This document shows positions 12,991 to 25,579 of a stretch of DNA of 64,000 nt, in pieces (within the stretch, counting starts at the first letter, position 1; each line of letters starts with the position of its first letter). This DNA is from Octopus sinensis. Lineage: Eukaryota. The notes under the pieces are model-generated. The model made no database searches. It was not told the origin of the DNA and saw only the letters and a list, made by a program, of their open reading frames with translations. The stretch lies in contig NC_043008.1 in NCBI RefSeq assembly GCF_006345805.1, positions 24,490,001-24,554,000 on the forward strand. The letters are read 5' to 3'. A program made the position numbers and the translations under genes.

Positions 12991-13140
12991 ATAATAATAA
13001 TAATAACATAGAAAATACCATAGAAATGAGAACCCAGGTTCAAAATTTCAAAAGACACCTGATAAAGGCTGGAGGGTATATCAGCCGAAACGTTGTGTTA
13101 ACACCAAAAAATATAAGGACAAATATCCGTCAAATGTAAT
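12774..13140 (+). mobile_element. Composite SINE: tRNA-like head + (TAC/TAA)n + hammerhead-bearing tail
   Basis: A box TGGCGTAGTGG at 12781, B-box-like GTCCGATTCC at 12826, microsatellite ~12851-13005, HHR-like motif 13054-13099. Second copy at 31270-31620 (-). Confidence 0.85.
13054..13099 (+). ncRNA. Type I hammerhead ribozyme motif, G8A core variant (probably inactive)
   Basis: GACAC-CTGATAA-A-GGCTG[GAGGGTATAT]CAGCC-GAAACGTT-GTGTT. Stems I and II pair; helix III is the palindrome ACGT. Confidence 0.75.
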
Positions 13141-13544
13141 TAATGTACCATTACTCATGTTATTTGCTAATATGAATTAGAAAGTTGTACATGTTGGATA
13201 GACATGTACGAAATTTCCTATTATAAATTCTTCAGACAGAAAATCAAATGATAAAAAATTTACATTCGAATGAAGTATTCATATGTAGTTTGTAATCAGG
13301 TGTAGTACAGATAGTTGGGAAAGAGAAGGGCACATCAAATAGGAAAGGAAGGTGAAGGTGAGATATATATACACACATGCATATAAATGCATATATATGT
13401 GTGTGTGTGTGTGTGTCTGTATATGTGTGTGTGAATTCAACTGTGTTTCTCTCATTATGTATGTATGTATGTATGTATGTATGTATGTATGTATGTATGT
13501 ATGTATGTATGTATGTATGTATGTATGTGTCTATATATATTTCT

Positions 13545-13976
13545 GGACTGCCATATTAGCTTGGCGATAACTATTAATATCCAGTACCGCTGCTGTAGTC
13601 TTCTTTAGAGAGACATAGAAATAAAAATATTTCTATTTTTGAAAACCAGTGGATGTATTCCACTGAATTTAGGTAAATAATCCTTCGAACAGACGGTCAG
13701 TAGCGACGGCTGCTGGGTTCGGCTACTCTGCATTGATAAAGGGCAAATACCCTGAAACATGTTTGCAGATGCCTGACCAGCAAGGGGAAGCGGCTGACCT
13801 CCCCTGTTCGAAGGTTATAATAGACACAGGTTCGTGTGTCATATAGCTAGCTAATCAACGGCAGCTTTCGTTCTATATTTATGGACTGCCATATTAGCTT
13901 GGCGATAACTATTAAAACTCCAGAACCGCAACCGTAGTCTCCTTTAGAGAGACTTAGAAATAATAATATTTCTATT
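13545..13976 (+). mobile_element. Retrozyme-like/PLE-pLTR-like non-autonomous repeat, 338-bp unit with ~93-bp terminal redundancy
   Basis: GGACTGCCATATTAGCTTGGCGATAACTATT at 13545 and 13883; HHR at 13728-13768; homologue at 58817-59132 (-). Confidence 0.8.
13728..13768 (+). ncRNA. Type I hammerhead ribozyme with U3-A8 core (UUGAUAA)
   Basis: CTGCA-TTGATAA-AGGG[CAAATA]CCCT-GAAACATGTT-TGCAG: 5-bp stem I, 4-bp stem II, palindromic helix III ACATGT, GUU triplet. Confidence 0.8.
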
Positions 13977-13999
13977 ATATATATACATAAAAATGGAAC

Positions 14000-14350
14000 A
14001 AACACGCAACAGAGGACAATAAAAACATTCGGACAGATAGACGATACAAAGGCGGACAAGAGAAACAACAATTAGAACGACAGGCGAAAAAGATGGGTCA
14101 TTCGTGGCCTTCTTTCTTCAGTCAAGTACCAGACGTCACGACCATTTCGGGCAGTTACACTTGAGAGGTTTCCATCCGATTGCTCCCCCAAAATCCAAGC
14201 TAAGTGCATTAGACCCCTTTGTAAGAAAGCAAGCTAATGGGTACGACAACAAAGACAAAAAACGGAGAACAGGTACACAATTACGAACACAAACAACAAG
14301 GAATTAGAACAGGTGTCTTTCGACTGAAACGAATAAAATTGAGCTGGCGT
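14000..14350. repeat. Dispersed non-coding repeat, homologue of 10991-11345
   Basis: Reverse-complement similarity over ~350 bp, e.g. GACCATTTCGGGCAGTTACAC versus GTGTAACTACCCGAAATGGTC. Confidence 0.7.
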
Positions 14351-14892
14351 TTATGAAGTGAAAGCCCAATGTACACACACATATATACATGATGAAAGAC
14401 AGACAGCTGTATTCACACACAGACAATCTCACACGCTCATACACATGCACACTTGCATATACATAGATATACCACATTCTCAATTATACACGAGTGAACA
14501 CACCTACACACACACACACACACACACAGATATATATACATATGATGGTGATGCACACAATTTATGCGCATACACAAATTCAGACGGACATAAACAGATT
14601 TATGAATGCACATACATGCGTACATACAAACACATACGCACACACATACACACACGTATACATGCATACAGAAAGACATGCACACACATACATACACATT
14701 TACATACATGCATCATTGCAAGCTTAGAGGGAAACAAAAATATACAAATAATCTTAACGATACATGACTTTAAAATGCCAAATGTACAGTTATAAAGACA
14801 AAAATATATCTACAAATCTTAGTGTAGAGATTATATAAACTGGTTTCTTCTCACACACAATTAAACCAAAATGACAAACATTGCAATTTATA

Positions 14893-16168
14893 CGAGGGGC
14901 GTTCAATAAGCAATGCCTCTGACCCACTTGAAGTTGTTTGATCTAGCTGAAATTTTGCATGTGCACTTATTTATAACTCTATAGATTAAGTGGCGAATTA
15001 CAGCTAAATGAACTAATTGTGGTTTCTGATTTACAGGTGTTTGAACTGAGTCAAGTGTGAAATGGAGCCTGTTGAGTGTCTAGCAGTGATCTGGTTTTTG
15101 TATTTGAAAGGACGCACACCACGGAAGACTTTTGATGAAATGAAAGTAACTTATGGTGATGATGCCCCATCATATGACCTTGTAAAACGCTGGCATTGTG
15201 AATTTAAACATAGTCGGAACTCTGTGGAAACAGCTCCCAGATCTGGTCGCCCCCTTCTGCCGTTGATGAGACGTCTGTCCGTCAAGTTGAGGCTGCCATT
15301 TTGGAAGGTCAACGCATAACTATTCGCCAAATAGCCCATAAGGTCAAGATTAGTACCGGGTCTGTGGAAACTATCATTCATGACCATTTTCATATGCAAA
15401 AGGTGTCTGCCAGATGGATTTCCTGGTTGCTCACACCTTTCCAGAAGCAAGAACGCGTTGAGTGCTCGAGGATGAATTTGGAGATGTGCCAAGAAGATGA
15501 GTCAAACTTTTTCAAAAGACTGATCACACAGGATAAAACCTGGGTCCATCACTATGATCCATAGACCAAAGCCCAGTCAATGCAGTGAAAGCACCGTGAC
15601 TCACCTCCTCCAAAGAAAGCAAGGGTGCAGCCCTCCGCTGACAAGGTTATGCTCACAGTCTTCTGGGACCAGGACGGAGTAGTGATGACAGATTTCCTGG
15701 CAAAGCGTGCCACAATTACAGGAGCCTATTATGCTTCACTTTTGAGGAAATGAAGAGAAGCTATCAAAATCAAGAGGCGGGGCAAGATCAGCAAAGGCAT
15801 CCTCCTCCTGCAGGACAACTGGCGTGTCGGTCCACAACTCGCGTGTCGCCAGATAAGAAGCACAGGCGTGCAGCTATGAACTCCTCTCCTTGCACCCTCT
15901 GATTTTCACCTCTTCCCAGCCATGAAGTTGATTTTGAAAGGAAAGCGTTTCCCAGATGATGCAGCCTTGATTTCTGAAGTCACGTCGTGGTTGGAAGACC
16001 AAGCTGGGGTCTTCTACAAAAACGGTCTCAAGAGCTGTATCAAACGATGGGAGAAATGCATAACTCTGGGTAGTTCCTATGTAGGAAAAGACTAATAACT
16101 GTGCCAAGTGTCGTTGCTCTACTGCTATGGGAAGTGGGTCAGGGGCATTACTTATTGAACGTCCCTCG
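14893..16168 (+). mobile_element. Mariner (DD34D) transposon, sister of 6900-8175, 1276 bp, inactivated
   Basis: Same TIRs, TA TSD at 14891-92 and 16169-70; near-identical internal sequence with the same stops and frameshifts. Confidence 0.97.
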
Positions 16169-17931
16169 TACGTCTATATAGATAGACTCTCTTACCCATA
16201 TAAACACATACGGCAAAATTGATAAATAAGAAAACGAAGCTTATTTCAGAAAACGAGCAGAGTATCTGACGAAAATGTAATATCAAGGTGTACAAATTGT
16301 ATTATTATCACAAAGATAGATGCTAACAATATTGAAAAGAGGTTCGGTGATTTATGAGTTTTGAATCATGATTGTTATCTTCTCACGCCGATTCCATATT
16401 TAAATAGCACACTTCAGATCACCGCATGTTTTAAAATATCTGATATTTTTTTTGTTTCATCGATATAATATTGTTTTTAAAAGCGTCAACAGCGTGTAAA
16501 TGTTACGTGAAAAACCATTCGGATAGGAAAAGATGAAGGCTGCCAATAGGACGGAACCTATGTCTGTAAACCAGACTGATTTTCTACATCCTTCGAACTT
16601 TTCTTTATTGTAGAAACTTTATTCTTATGAAGGAAAAAATGGAAGGTCAACCATTAAAAACGTATTGTTTCCCGTTCTCTCAATTTTACTAAATTTTTAT
16701 GATGTCAGCAACGGGCAATTCTTGCTGGCATGAATAAAATTTCTAAAATGGATACAGAAATTCGATGGATTGATTTGATCTAATGGTATAACGTCTGTTA
16801 TATTTACACAAGCGGGGTTTTCGTGTTGCACAGTCAGTCTTCGACTTTTCCTAGCCCAATTTCTAACACGCTGTTATTTACAGCTTTCTACTTCAAGTGC
16901 AAATGACCTAAAAATAGACTGAAGCACCCAGTGTATCTATCTGTGGGTGTTTATCTATGTGTATGTATGTATGTATGTATGTATGTATGTATGTATGTAT
17001 GCATGTATGTATGTATGTATGTATGTATGTATGTATGTATATTACGCATATCTAAAAGGTCATCCAGACAAATAAATAAACACACATGTTTGCAGTAGGA
17101 CTTGTTCGGTGCTTGCACGAGCTAACAAAATACATGTCTTGTCTATGTGTGTTCAATTTTGTTTATATACCTCGACCTGCTTCTAATTCATACTTGAATA
17201 TTTTCCGAGGCATGAGACGTTGGGACATGCCAGTAGATGGTTTTTGAAGCATTTAGCATATAGTCATATTCGGCGATATAGCTTGCAACAGACCTTGTTC
17301 AGTACGCCATTGACGAAACATCGATGGTTGTCGCTCCGGAAAGGTATCTGGTGTGAGTCGTTTCGTTTGCCTATGACTTACTTTCAGGTGTTTTTAGCAC
17401 CAGACGCATTGAGAATATATTCTCTTACGCCTAAAACCCAACCGACTAACAACACACACACCTTATGTATGTGTGTTCGATTTTGTTTAAATATGTCGAG
17501 CTACTTCTAATTTATATTTGAATGTGTGCATGAGAAAATATGCACAGCATGAAATCAATTGATATTGGGTTATGTAAACTTTCTTCAAATTCCATCCTGA
17601 AGGTATGTCTATTTTTAAAGTGTTCGTTGCGTCGCTCGTGTATGTTTTTATCGTAGGATTTGTGGGGTTTTTATAAGCTTTCGTCTTCATCTTTGGGAAG
17701 CGGTATTTTTGGACTTCTTTTATTCAAATATTTAATATTATACCTATTAAGGTAGAAGTCTTGCTAACTGCCTCATGATTGCTGTTTTTAACAGCAATAA
17801 TGCATTCAGATATTTACTTATATATGCGTATATATATATATATATATGTGTGTGTATATATATATATATGCGTATGTATATATATACATATATATATATA
17901 TATACACATATGTATATATACATATATATAT

Positions 17932-17965
<34 letters not shown>

Positions 17966-18211
17966 ATACACACATATATATATATATATATATACATATA
18001 TATACACATATGTAAATGGTTGAATGAATTATCCTTTGTTTACAGTTAACATGGAAAATTCAATAAACAGTTACCAGGGTAGCAAAATTCACGCAAGTAA
18101 CAAGGATGTAACGACCTATTCAAAGGTAGAAACTCCGGGTTAATGTGCAGTAATTTGTATAGTATAAGTAAATAAATGGAGTTGAACGCAGGTGTTATTC
18201 AAATTCTTTTA

Positions 18212-18297
18212 CTTTCGACATATGTTTCGAAGACAGCATTGGTTTTATTCCAAAGGAATAAACGGTGTAAAATAATGTAATCATCTTATCAGAAAAG
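18212..18297 (-). ncRNA. Degenerate hammerhead motif downstream of a PLE remnant
   Basis: Minus strand: CTTTT-CTGATAA-[long imperfect stem II]-GAAACATATGTC-GAAAG. Palindromic helix III and GUC triplet, but G8A. A degraded PLE-like coding remnant lies at ~18300-18660 (-). Confidence 0.5.
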
Positions 18298-18659
18298 AAA
18301 GAGAAATCTACTTCCAAGAAATACAGAAATCTACATTCAAGCCTACATCGCAAAGGGGATCTTATCACTATTTCGTTTATTTATAATATTATTATTTTTA
18401 GTGTAGAAACTATCCTCAGTGTTTCTTGTATAGTGTAAAGTTGCTGTTATGATTATCATATTTCTTTCTATAGTTACATTTACTTTTATTATTGTTAGTG
18501 TCAGTTTTATTGTGGTTATTTCTGTACGGTTTTCTTAAGTTCAAAGATCTTAAGGTGCTGTTAGGTGCTATGTTGTATTTTTTGTATTTTTTATGTAACA
18601 ACTGGTGTTATAAATTTATATCCATGAAGTTAAGAACCTTTTTCTCTGCATAACCGACG

Positions 18660-19200
18660 ATTTTAAAATGTTGACTACCTATACTACCCTTATCTATTGG
18701 CGTACAGAAACTGTTACTATACACTGTTTAGATGTGACCTGCACGAAGCGATGCAGTTTGTACCCGACTTCATTGGCATATTCAGGAAATCCAGTCAATG
18801 CCAGTCAGATGAATCTTGCAAGTTTGCGAGGTTTTTGCATTACCCCTCCACTCAGCTAGCGCCACACAATCCGAATGTGCATCGAAGAAGGAATTTTAGT
18901 CATCCCGTAGCACCAAAGATCGGAACCTTCCTAGAAAAATCTCCAGACACGTGAAGAAATTCGGCTACATTGCCACTACTATTCTGAAGGCATACATTCG
19001 CTGAGGTTTACATCCATGACCGCCACAGCAACTTCTTGGACAAGAAGCAATACTGCAACTCAACCTCCCATTCCCGGTCGATGTGTAGGTAATTGAAGCG
19101 AGTTTCCACCGAAAATAGGCATGAAATCTTGAGAATCGGAAACTCGTCTCGCTAATGACCACCACATCCATATTAGTGATCTGAGGTAGTATTTCTATAG
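18660..19200 (-). mobile_element. L1/Tx1-like APE endonuclease fragment
   Basis: DVVVISETSF (ORF 18965..19171) followed by FFTCLEIFL...LVLRDD*N, corresponding to APE ETH and GDFN motifs. Confidence 0.5.
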
Positions 19201-20850
19201 AGCGACAGCTGTCTCGTTTTTCATGCTAGCTATGTGTACTTGGACGGTCATTTCTTTATGTAATCACTTGTTTACATTCAAGCTGAAGTCTACGGTACTT
19301 TGTGGGCAGTTTCTTTATATTTTATGTGCGGGATGAAGTTTGGATAATTTTTATGTGGGATGGAAGGATATTGATTAATGCGATATAGTTACCATACATG
19401 ATGTATATTTTCCTGAATGTGAAGCACTAGTTTCTTTATTGTTTGTATTTATGTCTGTGAAGTTAATAATGCCTTGTTCTGCCAGTTGGTGTTTGTGTTT
19501 GTGTGTGCTCGCGGGTGCGTGTGTAAATTTAATTGTGTTTGTGACAAAGGTGCCTGTGTTAGACTCCGTGGTAATGATAGCAGTGATGGTGTTGATATTA
19601 TTAGTGTAGTTGTATTGGGGGTGTATTTCATTATTTAAAATTGTTCGTATCTTCTAATCTTTTGTCTTGGTACATTTTTGTTTCATTTTCTTTTTTCACA
19701 TTTTTTACTGGATACAATTTGATGCCCTTCCTGTTAGCTTCACTAAATGAGGTGTGAGTCGTGAGGAGTATGTTTTGGTTTGTGGTGCTGCTTTGTCAGT
19801 ATGGTTGTTTTTTTTTTTTTTGGTGGTGGTGGGGGTGGGGGCTGAATTTCTGTTGCTGTTCTTGATGTTGATGCTGGTTGCTGTTCTTCGTTTTGATGCT
19901 GTTCTTGATGTGATGTTTGTGAGTCGTGTGGCCATTGATATTTGTCCGAAATCAGTTGTGTTAATTGCTGCTGCCCCCACTGCTGATGCTGATTATTGTT
20001 TGTTTGTTGAGCGAAGCGGTCTTCGTCCCAGTGGGAGAAGTCCGAAACGTGGTCCTTTGCTATTCGTAAGACCCACAGAAGAGAAAGCAGGTCAACCCCC
20101 GACACCGAGGGCATCGATGGATGGCTGAATACGCATCCAGGCTCAGCGGTTGCGTAGGAAGTCGGAGATAAGAAACAGGAAGAAAGAGTGAGAGAAAGTT
20201 GGAGCCAAAGAGTACAACAGGGGTCGCCACCACTCCCTGCCGGAGAATCGTGGAGCTTTAGGTGTTTTCGTTCAATAAACTCACACAACGCCCAATCTGG
20301 GAATCGAAACCGCGATCCTGTAGTGGTGATGGTGTCAGCTGAATTGATGGTCTCTTTTCCTTTTTTTTTGCTGTAAACAAAAATGACTTGAGGTGGTTAG
20401 TGTAACCCCACAATGACACTTCTGCCTTTTACCATCAACGGTAGCATGAACGTTTTACCGTCTGCTAATTTGATCAGGTCCGGAATAGCTTCCGTGCTAA
20501 TGGAATTCTTTTGCAATCTGTAACTCCATACCCTGGCGCGAGAAATGTTTTTCTGCAGGCTTTGGATTTGGAGAATATTAATTTTCTTTCTTATGTCAAA
20601 GAAGATTGCCGCCATAAACCAGCAGATGTTGATTTGCAATGGTGGTATGCTATCTATTTTACATTGTAAACAGCCTCCCGCCAAGGTAAATTGGTTTACG
20701 AACCAGTTCGTCAATCGATAAGGGTACTTTTGTAATGCTTTTATTCTCATCACCTGTATGAAATTTCAGTTCTCGAGTTTCCGTCTTTTTTGTCCTGGTT
20801 ATAAAAGTTTTGGTACTCTAGATTCGTCTGAGGTATCTTATAATTATTCC

Positions 20851-20901
<51 letters not shown>

Positions 20902-20928
20902 CATAATAATAATATTAATAATAATAAT

Positions 20929-22052
20929 AGCTACCACAGGACTGCAAAAATACCTACTTCAGAAGCAAGGAAAACTGATACAAATAGCGGCAAAACACGA
21001 GCAAAACAAAAAATTGTTCCCAGTATTTAAAGAAGCTGACAAATACAAACAAGAAATTAAATCACCTAACAAATATGAAGAAGAAGAAGAAGAAGAAGAA
21101 GAAGAAGAAGAAAAAGAAGAAGAAGAAAACTCAACAAAAGCTATAAAGCAAATGAAATCAAAACTAAAACTGGAACAGCAACGGACCATGATATAACGAT
21201 GGCAAGAAAAGCCCCTTCATGGCAAGTACTGGAGTAAACTAAATGCAAAAGAAATAGGCAAAGAAAAATCCCAGCTCAGAACTCAAAGCCGAAACAGAGT
21301 GATTTTTAATTGTAGCACAAGACCAAAACCTACCCACCAGAAATTACCAAAGACATGTAATGAAAAGAAATATAACAAGTAACTGCAGAATATGTGGAGA
21401 TGGACAAGAAACAATAAATTATATTATCTCTGGCTGCGCAGTCCTGGCTAAGAAGGAATATATTCACAGACACGACAGAGTTGGGACCTACATACACTGG
21501 AAGCTATGCCAACATTATGGAATAACAACAGAAAAAAGATGGTATAGGCACACACCAGAAAAGGTCACAGAGAACGAGAAAGCAACCATACTTTGGGATA
21601 TGCCAATACACACAGATAGAGAAATTAAGGCCAACAGACCAGATATAGTTGTCAGAGATCATGAAGAAAAAAATGCTTTCTAAATGATGTATCAATACCA
21701 GCAGATGACAACGTTTCTCTAAAAGAAATGGAGAAACTTTAAAAATACAAAGACCTGGAAATAGAGGTAACTAGAATGTGGAATCTAAAAGCAGAAACAA
21801 TTCCTATCATAGTAGGTGAATTAGGCATGATAAAAAGATATTCAGACAAATACATAACAAAAACACCAGGACTTACAAACACATATAACATACAGAAAAT
21901 TGCACTACTAGGCACCGCACACATCCTACGCACAACACGTTCAATACAGTAACCATCAGAGCATCACAACAAATCACAGCACATACCCAAGGCACACAGA
22001 GCTGCGCTCGGTAGTGAAGTGAAAGCACGTTATAAAAATAAAACTACTGAAT
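20929..22052 (+). mobile_element. R4/Dong-clade retrotransposon 3' half (CCHC-type knuckle + RLE endonuclease) inserted in (TAA)n
   Basis: RWQEKPLHGKYW, AQDQNLPTRNY, CRICGDGQETINYIISGC, ANRPDIVVRD, KYKDLEIEVTRMW, IQKIALLGTAHILR. Flanked by (AAT)n at ~20851-20928 and ~22053-22140. Confidence 0.93.
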
Positions 22053-22074
22053 GATAATAATAATAATAATAATA

Positions 22075-22110
<36 letters not shown>

Positions 22111-22222
22111 TAATTTTAATAATAACAATAATAATATTATAATTTATTGTATGTGTAGAGATAAAACTAAATGTAAAATAAGTAATAAATGAAATTTCGA
22201 TGATGTAGTATATAAATGTGTA

Positions 22223-23330
22223 GTGACTTTGATTGATGATAATAGTAGGAATGGTTATACTTTAAATGTAATTTACATAGGGTCGATTGCTAATAAAATT
22301 AAATTACGGGTGGCTCAGTACATGAATTCTTTGAAGAATAGAAATTTACTTAATTCTACTGGCCCTAGTAAATATAAATGGGAACTAAAATCTAAAAATA
22401 TTAAGTACGATTTAAATTGGGAGATAGTTTGTAAGGTAAAATCATATCGAATAGGTAATAATTTTTGTTTATTATGTACTAACGAATTTAAGGAGATATT
22501 ATTAACTAATAATAAAAATTTGATTAATCCTTGACGAACGAAAAATTAAATGTAGACATAAACTAAATTACTTATATAAGTTTAGCTAATTTGTGTATAT
22601 ATATAAACCCTGTCTTATGTTACTATTTGTTTTAGTTTTAATTCGTAGTAGTAAAATGTGTATAAATTGGCACGAGATTATAAAATATATATTACATAAT
22701 TAGAATAAATTGAAAATTAGATGTTTATAAAATAAATAAATTAATTAATGAAAATAGATTAAATTATAGAATTTCATCTTAATTTATGTTTATTATACTA
22801 TGTATTTTAGGTATTTAGCATTTTTCTTTAGACTTTACAATTTTTCCAATTAATAGTATATTAAAGTTAAATTTTTTTCCTTATTCTTACAGCTAAAATA
22901 CATTTGTAATTTTAATAGCTTAAATACACATTTCTATCTATTTCTTCTATAAATTCTATTTACGCCATATTTTCACACGATATATTTCTTATAAACGCTA
23001 AGTTCTACGTTTTACGTTTAAATTTCTAGTTAACGAAAATCCTTCGATAAGATAAGTTATATTTTTATTTTAAGAAATATTGTTAAATGCTTTTCGATTA
23101 TTTATAGTTAATACACGTATTTTTATATATATATATTCATTTGATAATTAGTATAAGATAAGTACATTTATTCTATTACTATTTTTTATTATTTATTATC
23201 TTAGACCTGACGAGGGACTACATTTTTAAATAGAATAAATTTTAGTTCGATTTATTTATTGTACTCTATTAATTTTTACAATAAGGTTTTATTATAGTAT
23301 GTTTTCTATATGATGTGAATAACATCTTTC
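22223..23330 (+). mobile_element. PLE 3' fragment: GIY-YIG endonuclease C-terminus plus AT-rich pseudo-LTR
   Basis: ORF 22223..22534: YIGS, NSTGPSKYKWELK, NWEIV, FCLLCTNE; KCRHK follows out of frame. A decayed CTGACGA-GGGACTA...TAGTTC motif lies at ~23207. Confidence 0.8.
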
Positions 23331-23519
23331 TATATTGAATTGTTTAATAGAGCCTATAAATATTATTACAATACAATAATGTTAATTCCTAGCGAAATAT
23401 ATCACCGTAAAGGTAGAATTATAAATAGGAAATAATGGCACCAGATATCGATTCTTGTTGAAAATCGTTCGACGGTAGGTAAAGCTTCACTAAATATATA
23501 GAGGGAAGTTGTGTGTGCG

Positions 23520-23755
23520 GGCAGTATGTGTGTGTGCGCGCATGTGTCTTTGTACCTGTGTTTGTCCCCACTACCGGTTGACGACTGGTGCTAGTGTGTT
23601 TATATCCTCGTAACTTAGCTTATCGGCGAAAGAGGCCTGATATTTATTCTAAGAATATATATCAGGCTTGAAAAAAATAACTGGTCGATGTGTTAGATTA
23701 ATATTCCTAAAGTCGCTGCTCCATCTTAGCCACAGCCTAATGATGTAAAAGTAAA
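23520..23755 (+). mobile_element. SINE family 3, 3' part
   Basis: (GT)n then GTGTTTGTCCCC...CGTAACTTAGC...GGTCGAT; homologous to 30665-31052, 55488-55600 and 58578-58770. Confidence 0.6.
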
Positions 23756-25509
23756 ATGTTATTTCAAAATATCGAAGTTTTGCTGACGTACCAGTTATAG
23801 ATCTTATGATCTCTGCAAAATTATTACGTCAGTTTACAAGGATGTTGAAAATGTGTCCAAAACCAACGCGTTGAGTTTTAATATATGTGGTTCTCTCTTC
23901 ATCATATATCCCAATCCCGGCTATATCGTTTTCAATTTTTTAAAACCGTTCCCCCAAATTACAAAATAACTTGTTACGCTCACAAACATCCTTCTTCAAC
24001 CGTGTTTTGTTGAAGTAATCTCCCTTCCCATTTCTTTCTCATCTATGTCATCGTTTTCTACTCGATCTACGACAAACAATCCTCCGCCTTCTTCCTCATA
24101 TGATACACTTCAACTTGAAGTAGAAAACTGTCATAGCAATAATTCGGTCCAATTACCCAGGGGGGATGGTAAAATTTTTGTCTGATACAGCACATATAAT
24201 TATATGGAAAGTAGATCATATATTTCGAAGTCTGTATAGGAGAATCATGAAGTATTTGAAAGAAAAATGTTTCAATAAATAATCAAAATAACTTACTATA
24301 TTTTTTGTACGCTCTGATTTTAGTCCATATTTTGCGTGTCAGGAAAGAAGCAGGTGGCTGTTTTCAGAGCAGCGTATATTAAGTCTGTTACTTTATTTTT
24401 ATTTTTTGTTTTTTTTTTTGTTTTTACATTTATGAAGGCATATTTCTGTAGAATTAATTAATCAAAGCTTCGTTTCTTCCAGAATTATTTCGATGTCCAT
24501 GTAGACACCAATAATTAGAAGATGCAGTAGATCTGAATATATTTTCGGTAACGTAAGACGAAACTTTCATCAGCTTGCTGTTTTTCTTTCAACTGCTTCT
24601 ACTTTGAGTATCTTTATACGATTCAATGTGTGTGTGCGTGTGAGTGTGTGTGTATGTGTGTAGACAAATCGAAAGTAAAGATAACAACAAAACAACTAAA
24701 GTCGAAAGGACGTACACAGAGAATATATTAAGTTAACGCTTGGTTTAAAATGGAAAAAAGAAGAGGGTATAACGTTTGGAGCACGGCTCTCCGTCAAAAA
24801 GAGGGGAGAGGGAAGGTCCGGAGAGAAAAAAAATAGTTCAAGAAATGCACGTGTGTGGTTACAAGGCTGAAGTAACGGGAAGTGGGGAGAGATAAAGAAA
24901 TCGTTTCAATTAAGGCAGGAGCGTGCGAAAATAGTTGGAGTATATGTGAATGTATGGTAGTATCTGTGTGCATGTGGGTTTGTGTTAATGTGAGTGATAT
25001 ACGTGTAAATAAGTGGTGTGGACAGGTTAACAGCGGGGAGGGTGTATGAATATGAATGCGTGTTCGTGTGTGTGTGTGGGGTGTATATATTCGTGCATAT
25101 ATTCTGCGCATGTATGTGTGTGTGTGTACAGTAGGGTTGTATATGGTATGTGGGGGATCCAATCTATGTATATGGGATGAAGTATGAGGAAGATAAAGTA
25201 AAAATAATTTGAATTAAATGAAGTTTAAAAAGCCAAATCAAAACAAATTGATTATAATTAAAATACACACACTCATAAACACACACACACACACACAAAC
25301 ATAAACATACATACATAAATACAAACATATATACTAGCAAATGGCACCCCCACCGTCCCTTGGACGGTGTAAGTTCGTGATGGGACTGGAGTCTAAAATA
25401 GTGTAATTCCGCTTCTGTCTATGAATCTGCTTTTTATATTTGTTACGTTTTTGGTCCCACAAGGTCACTGATAGAACATGCTTTTTTCTTGTATCCACTT
25501 ACAAGCATT

Positions 25510-25579
<70 letters not shown>

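Noticed and set aside
20010-20065. CCGAAACGTGGTC hammerhead-like 3' half
   Set aside because: No valid CUGANGA core or stem I upstream.
24515-24580. Minus-strand CTGATGA...GAAAATATATTC
   Set aside because: Stem I and stem II do not pair.
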